Below the pieces are notes generated by a model. It was given only the letters and a program-made list of their open reading frames with translations. It was not told where the DNA came from and searched no databases. Made by a program: the position numbers and the translations under genes. This document shows positions 1 to 12,354 of a stretch of DNA of 64,000 bases, in pieces. How positions within the stretch are numbered: the first letter of the stretch is position 1; each line of letters starts with the position of its first letter. Origin of the DNA: the human T2T-CHM13v2.0 reference genome, Homo sapiens; NCBI RefSeq assembly GCF_009914755.1, contig NC_060931.1, one strand, 5' to 3'.

Positions 1-556
1 ACAGAGAAAATACAGAAGGAAAACCCATAAAGGCAGAAGGATAAGAAGGTATTTCCAAGAACATGCAGCCGATAACACAGCATGCTACAGAAATGTCAAG
101 GAGATTGAACAAGAGGCCGAGGGGAGGGAGATCTCAAAGAAAATCTGAAAATTCATAGAGGGAGACTCAAGATAGTGAAGTGACCAAGGAATTAGTGAAC
201 AGTCAGGAGTTGATTAAGAAGGAAGAATAGTCACCTTTCCTTAAAATATAAAAAGTTAACTGTGAGAAATGGAAAAAATAATGCAACAAAGTCGAGATAA
301 AATATTTTCAATATAGAAACAATCTTATATCCTAAATAGGAGAGGGAAGTAAGAGGAAGAAGGGAAATTGTCCATTTGTTCTTTCAACAGGTATTTTCAG
401 AGCACACCTTGTTCAGGCACTGCTCTGAACAGCAGTCAAGAGAAATGGTGTGTCCCCCACCACCACCACCACCTGTAAGGCGTATCTCCTGCTGAGAAAA
501 GAGGGACTGAGACTGAGGCACATGAAGGCGCGTCATGTGCCTCAAAACTGAGGTTG

Positions 557-559
<3 letters not shown>

Positions 560-596
<37 letters not shown>

Positions 597-845
597 ATAG
601 GGTCTCACTCTGCCACCCAGGCCAGAGCACAGTGGTACAATCGTAGCTCACTGCAGTCTCAAACTCCTCGGCACAGGTGATCCTCCCACCTCAGCCTCCT
701 GAGTAGCTGAGACTACAGGTGCACACCACCATGCCCAGCTAATATTTTTATTTTTTGTAAGAAGCAGTTTCCAATGCCTGGCATCAAGCGACCCTCTACC
801 ACCCAAAGTGCTGGGACTGCAGGCCTGAGCCACTGGAACTGTCCC
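560..845 (-). mobile_element. AluJ-like SINE with internal deletion; 31-nt poly(T) tail
   Basis: poly-T 560-590 followed by reverse-complement Alu body with J-type features (GTAGCTCACTGCAG..., TGATCCTCCCACCTCAGCC). Confidence 0.9.
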
Positions 846-1184
<339 letters not shown>

Positions 1185-1569
1185 TAAAATAAAGTGAGAG
1201 GGGAGAATTAGAGTGGAATACGGAACATTTTTAAAACAACTGTATAAAAAACAGACTACAGGACATAACAATCCACATTTTAAAAATAGAAATATAATTG
1301 GAATTAACTAAAAGGTAATATGAAATCATATTTATCTATAATTTTAGCACTTTTCCCACCAATTATGAGGAGGAGACATAAGAGTAGGCGTAAACAGGAT
1401 GGTGACGATAGCTGGTTTTGAGAATTGGCAAAATCACTTGCCAAGAGGTCAACAGAATCCAGGATGTTTATTTGGGCAGCTTTAGAATGAATGATTATGG
1501 TGAAGACCAGTAATAGCCTCTTCTTTATTAAGAGGATCCTGAGGGGATTTTTGTTCATTTCACTGGGCC

Positions 1570-1905
1570 AGGTAAGAAAAAAATAACCTTGTGGCCAAAT
1601 GTGGTCATAAGGCTAAGTTCTGGCCAAAGAGAAGTATATAGCTTTCTTTGTTATATCTGGCAAGTCTCCTTAAAATAAAGGGGGATTTATCTTCTACTCA
1701 TTTCCTTCCTCCTTCCTGCCATCTGGAAGTAAGAATTGATAGATTCTTTGAATGAAATTCTAGCAGCCACCTTGGATCATAAGAACAAGGGCATCAGAGT
1801 AAAGAAGCCTGGGTTGCTGATGACTTCATGAATCTTCCTCCGTTCCAGCACTTCACTACCTGCCTCAAAGCTTATTTTACATGAGTGAAAAATAAACTTC
1901 TAAGT
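1570..1905 (+). mobile_element. MLT1 (MaLR, J/I-like) LTR fragment; probable 3' end at ~2435-2520
   Basis: GGTCATAAGGCTAAGTTCTGGCCAA, GCAGCCACCTTGGATCAT, AAGCCTGGGTTGCTGATGAC and AATAAACTTCT resemble MLT1 consensus motifs. Confidence 0.65.
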
Positions 1906-2075
1906 CATTTCCTAATCTTGGCCTTAATTCTGGAGAGCACTCCTAGAAGCAATAGGTCCTACCATGACTTCAGGAGCCAGGACTGGAAATAGAGCCCCTG
2001 CCACTACTTTATGAGAATTTATTAAAAGGTTGTGAGACTGCAAATCAGTTTCTTCCTCTCCTTTCCTTTCCTTCC

Positions 2076-2243
2076 CAGTGGTTCTCAGATCACCCAGAGG
2101 AATTTATAAGACATGAAAATTTCTGGACCGTATCCTACACCTTTCAAATTACATCCCTTGGCATGAGGCATGGCAATCTACATTTTACAAGCAAGTTATT
2201 CTACCACAGGTGGTCCATGGACTAAGCTTTAAGAAATCCTGCT
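2076..2243. mobile_element. MER5A-family hAT-Charlie MITE
   Basis: CAGTGGTTCTCA start; GGTGGTCCATGGACTAAGCTTTAAGAAATCCTG end. Confidence 0.65.
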
Positions 2244-4039
2244 TTGTTATCACCATACCAGTTCCCTAAACCCAGATGGTGCTTGTTTCATAGGCTAAAA
2301 TCTATCACCTCAGTGGGGGCAGTGAAGCTTAATCGGGCAAGGCAATGCATTTATTATTTCAAGTAACATGTGTCAAGCCCTGACCTAGGTTTTGGGGACA
2401 CAAAAACGAAAACAAAAAACAAAAAACAAAAACATACTTCTATGCTGTACAAGTCGCTGTTATTTTGGGTTTCTATATTCTAGAGAAAAAAAAAAAAAAC
2501 CTAATTGTAATGAATGCAGTGATCACAGTCCAGATTGTGTTAAGGTAAAGATGACCTAAACAAGAATCTGAGATGACTCTAAAGAAGAGAAGACAAGCAT
2601 CAAAATGCACTATTCAAAATGAATGCATTAGCTCATTCATTCATCCCACCTGGACAGAGCATCAGTTTAAGAGATTCAGAGTCTGGCTCATGGTAAATGC
2701 TCAATAAGATTTCAACAGCAAGGAGCTAATAATTTGGATAACCCAATGGTCCTTTTCTCTGTAGCAAAGTCTACACTGCCAAAAGAGGCATTCAACAATA
2801 TTGAATGTAAGTTTACATGAATGATTGAAACTGCTGTTACTGATTATTTGATATATGAACTTGGTATTTTTGTGCTTCACAGAGCCATCTGGTAAGAGAG
2901 GAAAGCACTATTATCCACATTACTGCTCCTCTAGACCAATACTTTCATTAAGGTAATATCCGTGAAGGCATTTCATTTTTGAAAAGAATGAAGCAGTATA
3001 AAATGTATAGTACAGTTAGGCTTTACTAATGATGTTATTAATAAAAAAGAATTAACCACTTCAGCTATTTCTATACATAACATTTATGGTAGGCTGTTTC
3101 TGTATATAAAGTTATTTAGGTAATGGGATCTGATATTCTCTTCTAATCTAGTTTAGTTTTCTAATAAGATCTGACAGTCTTTCCTTTTCTAATCTTGTCT
3201 CCCCTGGAAGTCAGTATGGCATTTATTTTACGCTCACAGCCTTCCTGATTACTAATCCATAGCGGGTTGCAGAGAAAGTAGCATACAGAATCACCATGGT
3301 TCCTAAATAGTGTATGGGTGTTTCTCAGCCAAACATTCCACCACAATATAGCTCCATATCACTCTCAGATACTGAATTATGGGACAATGCCTCTGGTTCT
3401 AAATGCCCCAAAATTCAGAAAACTCTGGGAACTAAGGAAGTAAGAAAAATCAATAGTCTTATTTCAAGTAGTTCTCCAGCTGTCACATTGATTCTGTTCC
3501 TGGGATATGCAAAAAGATTTAAGAAAAAAACTAGAAAGAACTTCTTCATTATGTTATAAAAATTATAAAATTTTTTAATCAGGTGTCCTAAGGCAATCTC
3601 AAAGACAAATGTAGGCACAGACAGCAGGATTTCAAATGCGATGGTGAAATAACCTTTTCATTATTTATAAAAATGTATGATGCACTCCATTTAAAAGAAC
3701 AAAGACAGACAGACTAGTCTTAATCCTTCAAATGTTAAGTCAAAAGTCCCTGAATTGCTTTCTCGAATGCGCTTCAATGACAGAAGATGAAAAATCCCTA
3801 ATCATGGATGTATTGAAACCAAAATGCTCCAAATTGCATGAAAATCCTGAGTTAAGTACAAAAGGCCAAGTTTATAACATGAAAATAAAAATAAGGTCAA
3901 ATCATCAGCCTTGAGCTAAAAAGGGAAGAGGCCCTTTGAAGGTAAAAAACTAAACATAACAAGTTCAGATTTTAAGAAAGGGGGAGGGGCATCCCATCTG
4001 TCTTTACTGTATGTAGTTCTCCCTCTTCTGTAACCACAA

Positions 4040-5040
4040 CAACAAAATCCTGCCTCTTTAGAGAAATGGCTGATTCTATTATTAAGGAAGTATTCAAGAT
4101 GAGCTTGGAGCACCAGGTAGTTCCGGTAAGAAAGAAAGAACATGATCCCCTAAACAAACAAACAAAAATACTCACAGAGATGAGAGTAGGTCAGAGGGGC
4201 ACAAGAGCCAACTGAAAGAGGTCCCAATGGCCAAAACTGTTAACAATTTGAGCAAAAAGTAAAGTAGCATTGGATTACAACCCAGAGTATGAAATAAATA
4301 TCCATCAATCCATATGGATTAATACACAGGTGACAAGAGACAAATCTCCCAGGCAGAATAATTCCAAATAAATTATACAATCCTCCATCCTAAAGGAGAA
4401 AGAACATAGCTATAGGCTATACACAGCAGAGAGTGGGCTGCACATAGTAACTTCCTTCCAAAGAGGATTATGAAAAGAGGGAGAAACCTTTACAGTAGAG
4501 AAATATAATAAGCACTACACTTCAGGATGGTGATCAAGGTCAACATCAATAGTCATAAATCATGTTTACAGTACGTATCTTTAACATGATGTGATTAAAA
4601 TGGCACTGTCTCCAGAGTCTTTCTCCCCCAAGTCTATAACCCTAGTCTAATCAGGAGAAAAATATAAGATAAATTCCAATAGAGGCGCATCCTACAATAC
4701 ACCTTACCAATGTTACTCAAAACTGCCAAGGTCAGCAAAAACAAAGAAAGTCTGAAAAACTGCCACTGTCAGAGGAGCCAAGGGGACCTGACAACTAAAC
4801 GTAATGTGGTATCCTGGAGGGGATGCCTGGACAGTAAAAGGGTGCTGGGCAAAAACTAAGGAAATCTGAATAAACTATGGAATAATAAAATGATAATAAT
4901 GTATCAATATTGGTTCATTAATTGTAACAAATGCACCATACTAACGTCCAATGTTAATATAGGGGAAGCTGCTCATGGGGCTTATATAACAACTCTCTGT
5001 ACTATCTTCTCAACTGTTTCTGTAAATCTAAAGTTATTTT
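4040..5040 (+). mobile_element. L1MC3/L1MC4 3' end fragment
   Basis: GAAATGGCTGATTC...GATGAGCTTGGAGCA...CCCAATGGCCAAA...GGAAATCTGAATAAA...ACTCTCTGTACTATC, diagnostic of the L1MC 3'UTR. Confidence 0.85.
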
Positions 5041-5981
5041 TTTCAGTCTATTAATTTTTTTAAAAAGCTCTGAGGCAAGCAAAAACAGAACTGAACAACT
5101 ATTCCATCAGGTATTCATTCAGTGATTACTCCATGGGACAAAACTGTCAACCCTTATGACGGAAGCCCAAAAGCATGTTTGGACTTCAGGAAAAAAGGCA
5201 AGAAAAAAACCCACTATGCCAGAAGGCAAAGATAATTCTATTCCACCTTTGGAAAACTAAATGACATCCAGATTTTCTTTTAATTAAGAAGTAAAACAAG
5301 AACAGAAGAGAAAATCTCAAGAAAACCAATTTCTTTTTATATCCGACTGTGAGAAGGAAAACTATTTGAATTCTATGAGAGAAACCACAGTCACTCTCTA
5401 AATCAATGATCTCGAAAACGCAGTCATGCAACTCAGGAGTGAAAGGTTGATGTATTTTTTAATTAAAAAGAAATTAAGACGATATTTAGTATGCAGACAA
5501 GCACAAGGACCTCACTTGTCCTTATAGTAGATGGTCACAGGTTATCTACTGCGAGTGAGATATGCTAAGGAAATGCGAGAGCTGCACCACACAGAGATGT
5601 CAGCAGCACCTCACCCTCTTCTCCAGTATATCAGGATGACCTACAGTTTAACTGTGCCCAGGAAAGCAAAACTACAGATTATTCAGTTTTGCATAATCTT
5701 CACAAAATGGGTAAGTGGCTTAAAGATATTCTTTAACACATATTGAAGATAATACAAATTCTGCACAAGCATGCAGAAGCATACAAGTAAATACTGAACT
5801 GCTCACTTCTTCCTCCTAGAACTAGCAAGTCTTAACAAGCTGGAAGTAGACTCTAACTAGCTCTGATAAGAACTAAGCTCTGAAGAAAGGGATGGAGGGA
5901 GGAAGGGAAATTATAAACACATTTGAACTTCAGACTTACATCAATTATCATAAATGATAAATTTATCCTTCAGTATATAGA

Positions 5982-6448
<467 letters not shown>

Positions 6449-7562
6449 TATGGTGTCTTATGCTATTAGCTAATGACAGTGTAAAGCCCTCATAACCAGC
6501 AATGTTACTTTAAAACATATTAATTTCATCTGTATCTCACTCTTTTTCATTGCTGTTCTCTGAAAATTTTATATATAAATAGCAAACAATAAATTATTTG
6601 TGGATTTTCATAAACATAAATGAATTCCCCTTTGAAAATTGATATGGTATGAGATTTGTTTAGGAAAAAAACTGAAGCCCAGTATTGTAAATGAAATTAC
6701 ATTATAATAAAACACAATTTACAATAGAAAAAATATTAATGGCAAGTTATCAAGGGTTTTTATGTTCTGTTTAAAAAATTACTGAAACTGATATAAAATG
6801 AATATTAGCCAAAGCACATGCCAGTCATTTTAACAGTTATTTTGCCAAAGGACCAAAGATTATTATTACGAATATCTCATCCCTAAAAAGTATTTCAATT
6901 AAACCATGAAAACTCTAGAGTACTGAGTTTCGTATTCATATTGCACAAACTTCTATATTTAAGCACAGTATTTTTTTCAAGTGTGCATAGGGAAATCAAA
7001 AGTGTCAAGTCAATTCATTCTTTGAGGAAATAAATTGCATGTGGACAAAGCAGAACTATTAAAGGGCTCTGAACAAATATTCCATACCAGAGTCTATTAA
7101 AATAATTGAATTACCAATGGACTAAAAAAATTGGTAAGTCACATATAAGAAATTGCTTCAGAGAAAGTAAACAAAGAGTAGAAATAAACAGGTACTTCCT
7201 TGAGAAATCTTTCTTGTCCTCTCCCAAGAGTGACCAAATGGTATATGCCAGTTGCACAAGCATAATAACAAACTGTGTCCCCTTCCATTCATTCGCAGAC
7301 TGCCCTGGCTTGGATAATAAATTATATAATCACTGTATCCTTCATCATCTTCGGGTTTCGCCTCATCCTTCTATTTCAGTCTCCAGCAAAACTTACTTCA
7401 ATGAGATGTACATCCTACCATATCCCATAAATAATGCTCATCAGGGTCACCAGTGACCTCTTCTGTAAAACTCAATGACTAATTCTCAGTTCTCTTCTTG
7501 CCTAATACATCTCGGCAGCATAACAGGGTAGATCACCCCTTGAATCTTTCTTCTTGAATGAT

Positions 7563-7620
7563 CAGGGATGGGGGCGGTGGGGGAGAAAGGAGGGGGACAG
7601 GAAATAAAGTAGGGAGAGAG
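7563..7620. repeat. Inverted repeat arm A (reverse complement of 8594-8651)
   Basis: Hand alignment 50/58 identical, no gaps. Confidence 0.9.
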
Positions 7621-7877
7621 TTGTGTGGTTGCACTTTGTGAACCATCTCCAGTTTTATTAGATTGTTCTTGAGCTATCATGATCAAAACACGATTTAACC
7701 ATTGGAAGGCAAGACAACTGGCTTTTGCTGCTGTTGCTATTGTCCTTTCTAGTACCCTTCCTGGAACATTTTGTATCATATTGATTTAAGTGTAGTACTC
7801 AGGGCTTCAGGACATAGGGCCATCGAGTTTTAGGAGGGAGTGATTTCATTCTGCGGAGAATCACTTTGGGCAAGCAA
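7621..7877. repeat. Inverted repeat arm B (reverse complement of 9132-9392)
   Basis: Hand alignment: ~27 mismatches plus one 4-nt gap over 261 columns; perfect 56-bp (7758-7813) and 41-bp (7657-7697) blocks. Confidence 0.97.
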
Positions 7878-8593
7878 TCCCCCCATCCCTTGACTTGAGG
7901 AAAACACTCTCTATTGGTTCTCCTTCTGTGTGACTGACCCACTCCTTCTCAGCCTTGTTTGCTGCTTATTCCTTATTGCATAGAAAGTACTGAATAAAAC
8001 TTGTTGAATAAATAGTGAATATCTCTAGCTTCCATATGTAAGAGTGCCCAGTGCCCCAGATGCAGATCTTTGGACCTTTTCTCAATCTATACCCACTCCC
8101 TAAGTAATCCCCTTTAGTCTCATGGCTTCAAATGCCGTCTATAATGGTGACTTCCATATGCAAGACACCAACCCGGGGCTTTCCCCCTGAACTCCAGAAC
8201 TCTATGTCTAACTGCCTATTCAACAATTCCACTTGGAGAACTAACAGACATCTCAAACTCAACAAGTCCAAATCAGATTCCTGAATCTTCTCTCCATGCA
8301 AACCTGCTCCATCCACAGTGCTGCCCATCCAAGTACCATATCTACCACCGACGCTCTATTCCCCGTGAACAGTTTTCATCTCTAGACTGTATAAAACAGC
8401 CCTCTAATTGGCCTCTCTGCTTCTACACTTGCCTCTCTTATACTCTATTCTCCACACACCAGCCAGATGGATCTTGTTAAAATATAGTCAGAGGAAGTTA
8501 TTTCCTGGTTCAAAAACCTCCACTGGCTTCCTTTCACAGTAAAAGTCAAATTCCTCACAAATCACCTACAAAGCTCTACATAACCTGGCTTCT

Positions 8594-8651
8594 CTCTCTC
8601 CCTACTTTATCTCCTATGTCCCTCCCTCCTCCCCCACAGGCCCCATCCCTG
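8594..8651. repeat. Inverted repeat arm A' (donor, inside L2); G-quadruplex motif on - strand
   Basis: Partner of 7563-7620; - strand reads GGG-AT-GGGG-CCTGT-GGGGG-AGGA-GGG-A-GGG. Confidence 0.88.
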
Positions 8652-9131
8652 CGACAGACACACTGCCCTCCTTGCTGCTCTTAAAACATACAGAGCACAA
8701 TGCCACCTTTTAGACTTACTGTAGATAGCCACATATTCAGTTAATGCCTTACTTTCCGTTTCACACTAATTCCTTGGCTCTCTGCTCAAATGTTAGTTAT
8801 CATAGTACTTCCCTGAGCAATCTATGTAAGATAGAAACACCTTCGACTCCACACTAGCACTCACTCTTAACCTGATTTGTTTTTTATAATAAATTTATCA
8901 CCAGTTTGTTCATTCAATCTTTTTTCTAATGTCTGTCTCCCCACACTAGCACATAAATTCCTGGATCCATTAACTAAAACTGTGCCACATACACAGTAAG
9001 CACTCAATAAGTATCTGCTGAGCGGCACTTTCAGCAATGACTTTATGTCCATTTACAATAAATCAATTCCATATGCTTTCTCTAAAAATCAAGTGACTCG
9101 TCCCCAATTTGAATAGGTACTCTTCCCTTGG

Positions 9132-9392
9132 TTGCTTGCCCAAAAGGATTCTTTGCAGAATGAAATTACTCCCTCCTAAAACTCAGTGGCCCTTTCCAGG
9201 TCCTGAAGCCCTGAGTACTACACTTAAATCAATATGATACAAAATGTTCCAGGAACGGTATTAGAAAGGACAACAGCAACAGCTACAGATGCCAAATGGC
9301 TTCCCTTCAAATCGCTAAATCGTGTTTTGATCATGATAGCTCAAGAACAATCTAATGAAACTGGAGATGGTTCAAAATGTGCAACTATACAA
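9132..9392. repeat. Inverted repeat arm B' (apparently unique-sequence donor)
   Basis: Partner of 7621-7877; perfect blocks 9200-9255 and 9316-9356. Confidence 0.97.
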
Positions 9393-10505
9393 TTTCAAAG
9401 TTTGTAAATATTTTCTTTGAGAATAGATTAAGTATTTTTGAGGTAAACAGATGTTTAGGCTTACTACCTATATAGTGAAAGAAATCCATGTAATATGCCT
9501 TGGGCCCTGCAAACCTGAGCATATATCTAGTTATTGTCATCCAACCTTTCAAGTTGAAAGTGTAAAGAGATTCTGAATGATTTAAATCAGTTTCCATCTA
9601 AGAGCATTACCTCCCATAATGCAACTGTAATGGGTCTGTCCAAGTTTACTAAACCTAATATTATAAAATCTATGCCACTATAAACAAAATGCCCCAATAA
9701 ATTCTCACAAGAATCTATATATGTTAGAAATGCATGAGAAAAAGAACACTTTATATTTTACAACTAGTAAGCTTCTGCTCTGTAGGAAGTGGGGGGAAGT
9801 GCAAGTGAAACCTGACAAAGTTCTGAGTCTTTCTTGACATAAAAGTAGAAGGCTATAGCAAGAAATGTTTTCTTTCTTTACGCTTACAAAGGTTAGCCAT
9901 ATTCTTGTTGCCAATAAACACATTCTCACTATAACCAAATGAATGAAGTTGAGTTCTTTATCTTGGCACACTGACATCTCTGGATTGCTGGCAGAGTTCA
10001 AAGCTGCTCCATCAACTGTCCCTTGCCCTGCAGACATGGGGCACAATAAACTGTGTCTCCTGTCAATCAAGAAAATCAATCACTGCCTAGCAAACTGTAG
10101 ATGTAATGCCATAACCCTAAGGGTTCATCATAAAGTACTAAAAATTATAGTCCATCACATTAGTTTTGACATGTTGACAGCAGGGCCCACAATAGTCTTT
10201 ACACTTGAAAAGCCGGTTCAACACACTTCCTGAAGGCAGACTCTAAGTTTGGAATGCGCTTCTAAATCAAACAGAAAGCCTGACTTTTATCCTTAGGCTA
10301 CTCCTGTAACCTCAACCCATGTCCACCCATATCAAAAAGCACAGAATCTCTTCATGGCAAGCAGTAGAAGAAAGGCCAAGGAGGTTCAACATGGCAGTAA
10401 ATACTCCCTTTGAAAACCCTTTCTACTTAGGTTTGGTTAGGTTTGATGAGAATTATTTTGGGAAGAGGTGGGCTTTAAAGCTTTGTGGGCTTCACATGTA
10501 ATAAC

Positions 10506-10932
10506 TGTATTCATCCATTCGCACACTGATATGAAGAAATACCTGAGACTGGGTAATTTACAAAGGAAAGAGGTTTCATTGACTCGCAGTTCCACATGGC
10601 TGGGGAGGCCTCAGAAAACTTACAATCATGAAGGAAGGCAACTCTTTACAAGGCAGCAGGAGAGAGAATGAGTGCCAGCAGGAGAGAGAATGAGTGCCAG
10701 CAGGAGAGAGAATGAGTGCCAGCAGGGGAGAGAATGAGTGCCAGCAGGAGAAATGCCAGACGCTTATAAAACCATCAGATCTTGTGAGAACTCACTATCA
10801 CAAGAACAGCATGGGGGAAAACACCCCCATGATTCAGTCACCTCCCAGCAGGTCCCTCCCATGGCATGTGGGAATTATGGGATTACAATTCAAGATGAGA
10901 TTTGGGTGGGGACACAAAGCCAAATCATATCA
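10506..10932 (-). mobile_element. THE1C-like MaLR solo LTR
   Basis: TGTATT...AATACCTGAGACTGGGTAATTT...GATGAGATTTGGGTGGGGACACAAAGCCAAATCATATCA. Confidence 0.92.
10654..10750. repeat. 22-bp tandem repeat x~4.4 (CAGCAGGAGAGAGAATGAGTGC) inside the THE1 LTR
   Basis: Near-perfect direct units read directly from the sequence. Confidence 0.95.
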
Positions 10933-11043
10933 ACAATACTAAGAATAAACAATTATACTATGTAGATCTTTTCTTTCTTTAATATTCCTTAAAGAGGACT
11001 TTGACTCGAGTTATACCAATACATATAATTAAAATAAATACAC

Positions 11044-11073
11044 ATGCTCACTTTGACAGCACATATACTAAAA
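11044..11073 (+). pseudogene. 3'-truncated U6 snRNA retropseudogene (first ~30 nt), tailless, with ~20-bp TSD
   Basis: ATGCTCACTTTGACAGCACATATACTAAAA vs U6 GTGCTCGCTTCGGCAGCACATATACTAAAA (26/30); TSD 11023-11042 / 11074-11093 (18/20). Confidence 0.85.
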
Positions 11074-11623
11074 ATATAATCAAAATAAGTACAAATTAAG
11101 CTAAATTAAACATACTTAAACAACAGTCTGATGTTCCCCGAGACCTACAGTTTAAGAGGAAAAAACATCTGACAATTACTTGGAATTAGAGTTTAAAAAG
11201 CACTTTTAATAACCTTCTTTAAAGGACCTTCTTTAAATGATATAGATTACATAACACACTATGTCATCGAAGTACTTCTGAACAGAAGTCATTTTATTCA
11301 CTCAGTTTTTTAAAAATAAAATGTAAAAATTTAAATGCAAAAGACCTGTGATTCACGAATGACTTCTGATTACACAGACACAATCCACCATATCAAGAGT
11401 CAAACCCATACTGAAGGAAATCCTACTAAACCCAAAACAGGCAAACATTTTCATCTCATGGGCACTGTGGGCTTTAAGAGAAATTAAGAGCAACTTCTGC
11501 TATCAACAGGAAAAGCTTTGACACCAACTGATGACTTACACTAGGCCACAGATAAGTACTCTGGCAAATGATACCACCTCAGTCTCAGTGTCCCTTAATC
11601 AGATCCAGGTCCAGGTGAAGTAA

Positions 11624-11939
<316 letters not shown>

Positions 11940-12354
11940 TATATAATTGTGTGTGTGTATACATATACATACGCACAAAAAAAAGTTTGCTAACAAAGAG
12001 TATTCAAAGGTTTTGTTTTTAATAAAGAAGGGAAAGAACACAAAAGCCCATTGATACAGCTGTGCTATGTCCCACATAGTGAAATAGCTATATATTACCT
12101 AAACTACAGGAATATGGGAATAAACATGGAACATTCTCCAAGACAAAAATAAGTAGGAAAGGAGGGTTCAAATAACAGATGATACATTACCATTTGTGTA
12201 AAAAAAATTTTTTATACGTATATTTTTACACATATATCTTTTCATCCTTAGACTATCCATCAAAAGGGAAAATGTTAAGAGCACAATAGTGAAAAGAAGC
12301 ATTACTCTGCATATCTTACTCTTGTATCTTATTAATTTTGTACTTTTTTAAAAA

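Larger units (their letters stand above)
7380..9030 (+). mobile_element. L2 LINE (ORF2 3' part to 3' end), interrupted at 7563-7877 by an inverted-copy insert
   Basis: L2-like GGTCACCAGTGACCTC...ATTCTCAGTTCTC...TTCTTGAA stops at ~7562 and resumes collinearly at ~7878 (CCCTTGACTT...ACACTCTC...CTCCTTCTCAG); 3' end CAGTAAGCACTCAATAAGTATCTGCTGA. Confidence 0.85.

Noticed and set aside
7486-7779. 97-aa - strand ORF over inverted-repeat arm B
   Set aside because: It crosses the insert/L2 junction and a low-complexity tract, resembles no known protein, and the partner arm shows no comparable ORF in the track.
7563-7890. Insert as a hAT-type MITE with CAGGGATGGGGG terminal inverted repeats
   Set aside because: No 8-bp TSD; the right 'TIR' is L2 continuation, and the whole insert is explained by two local donors.
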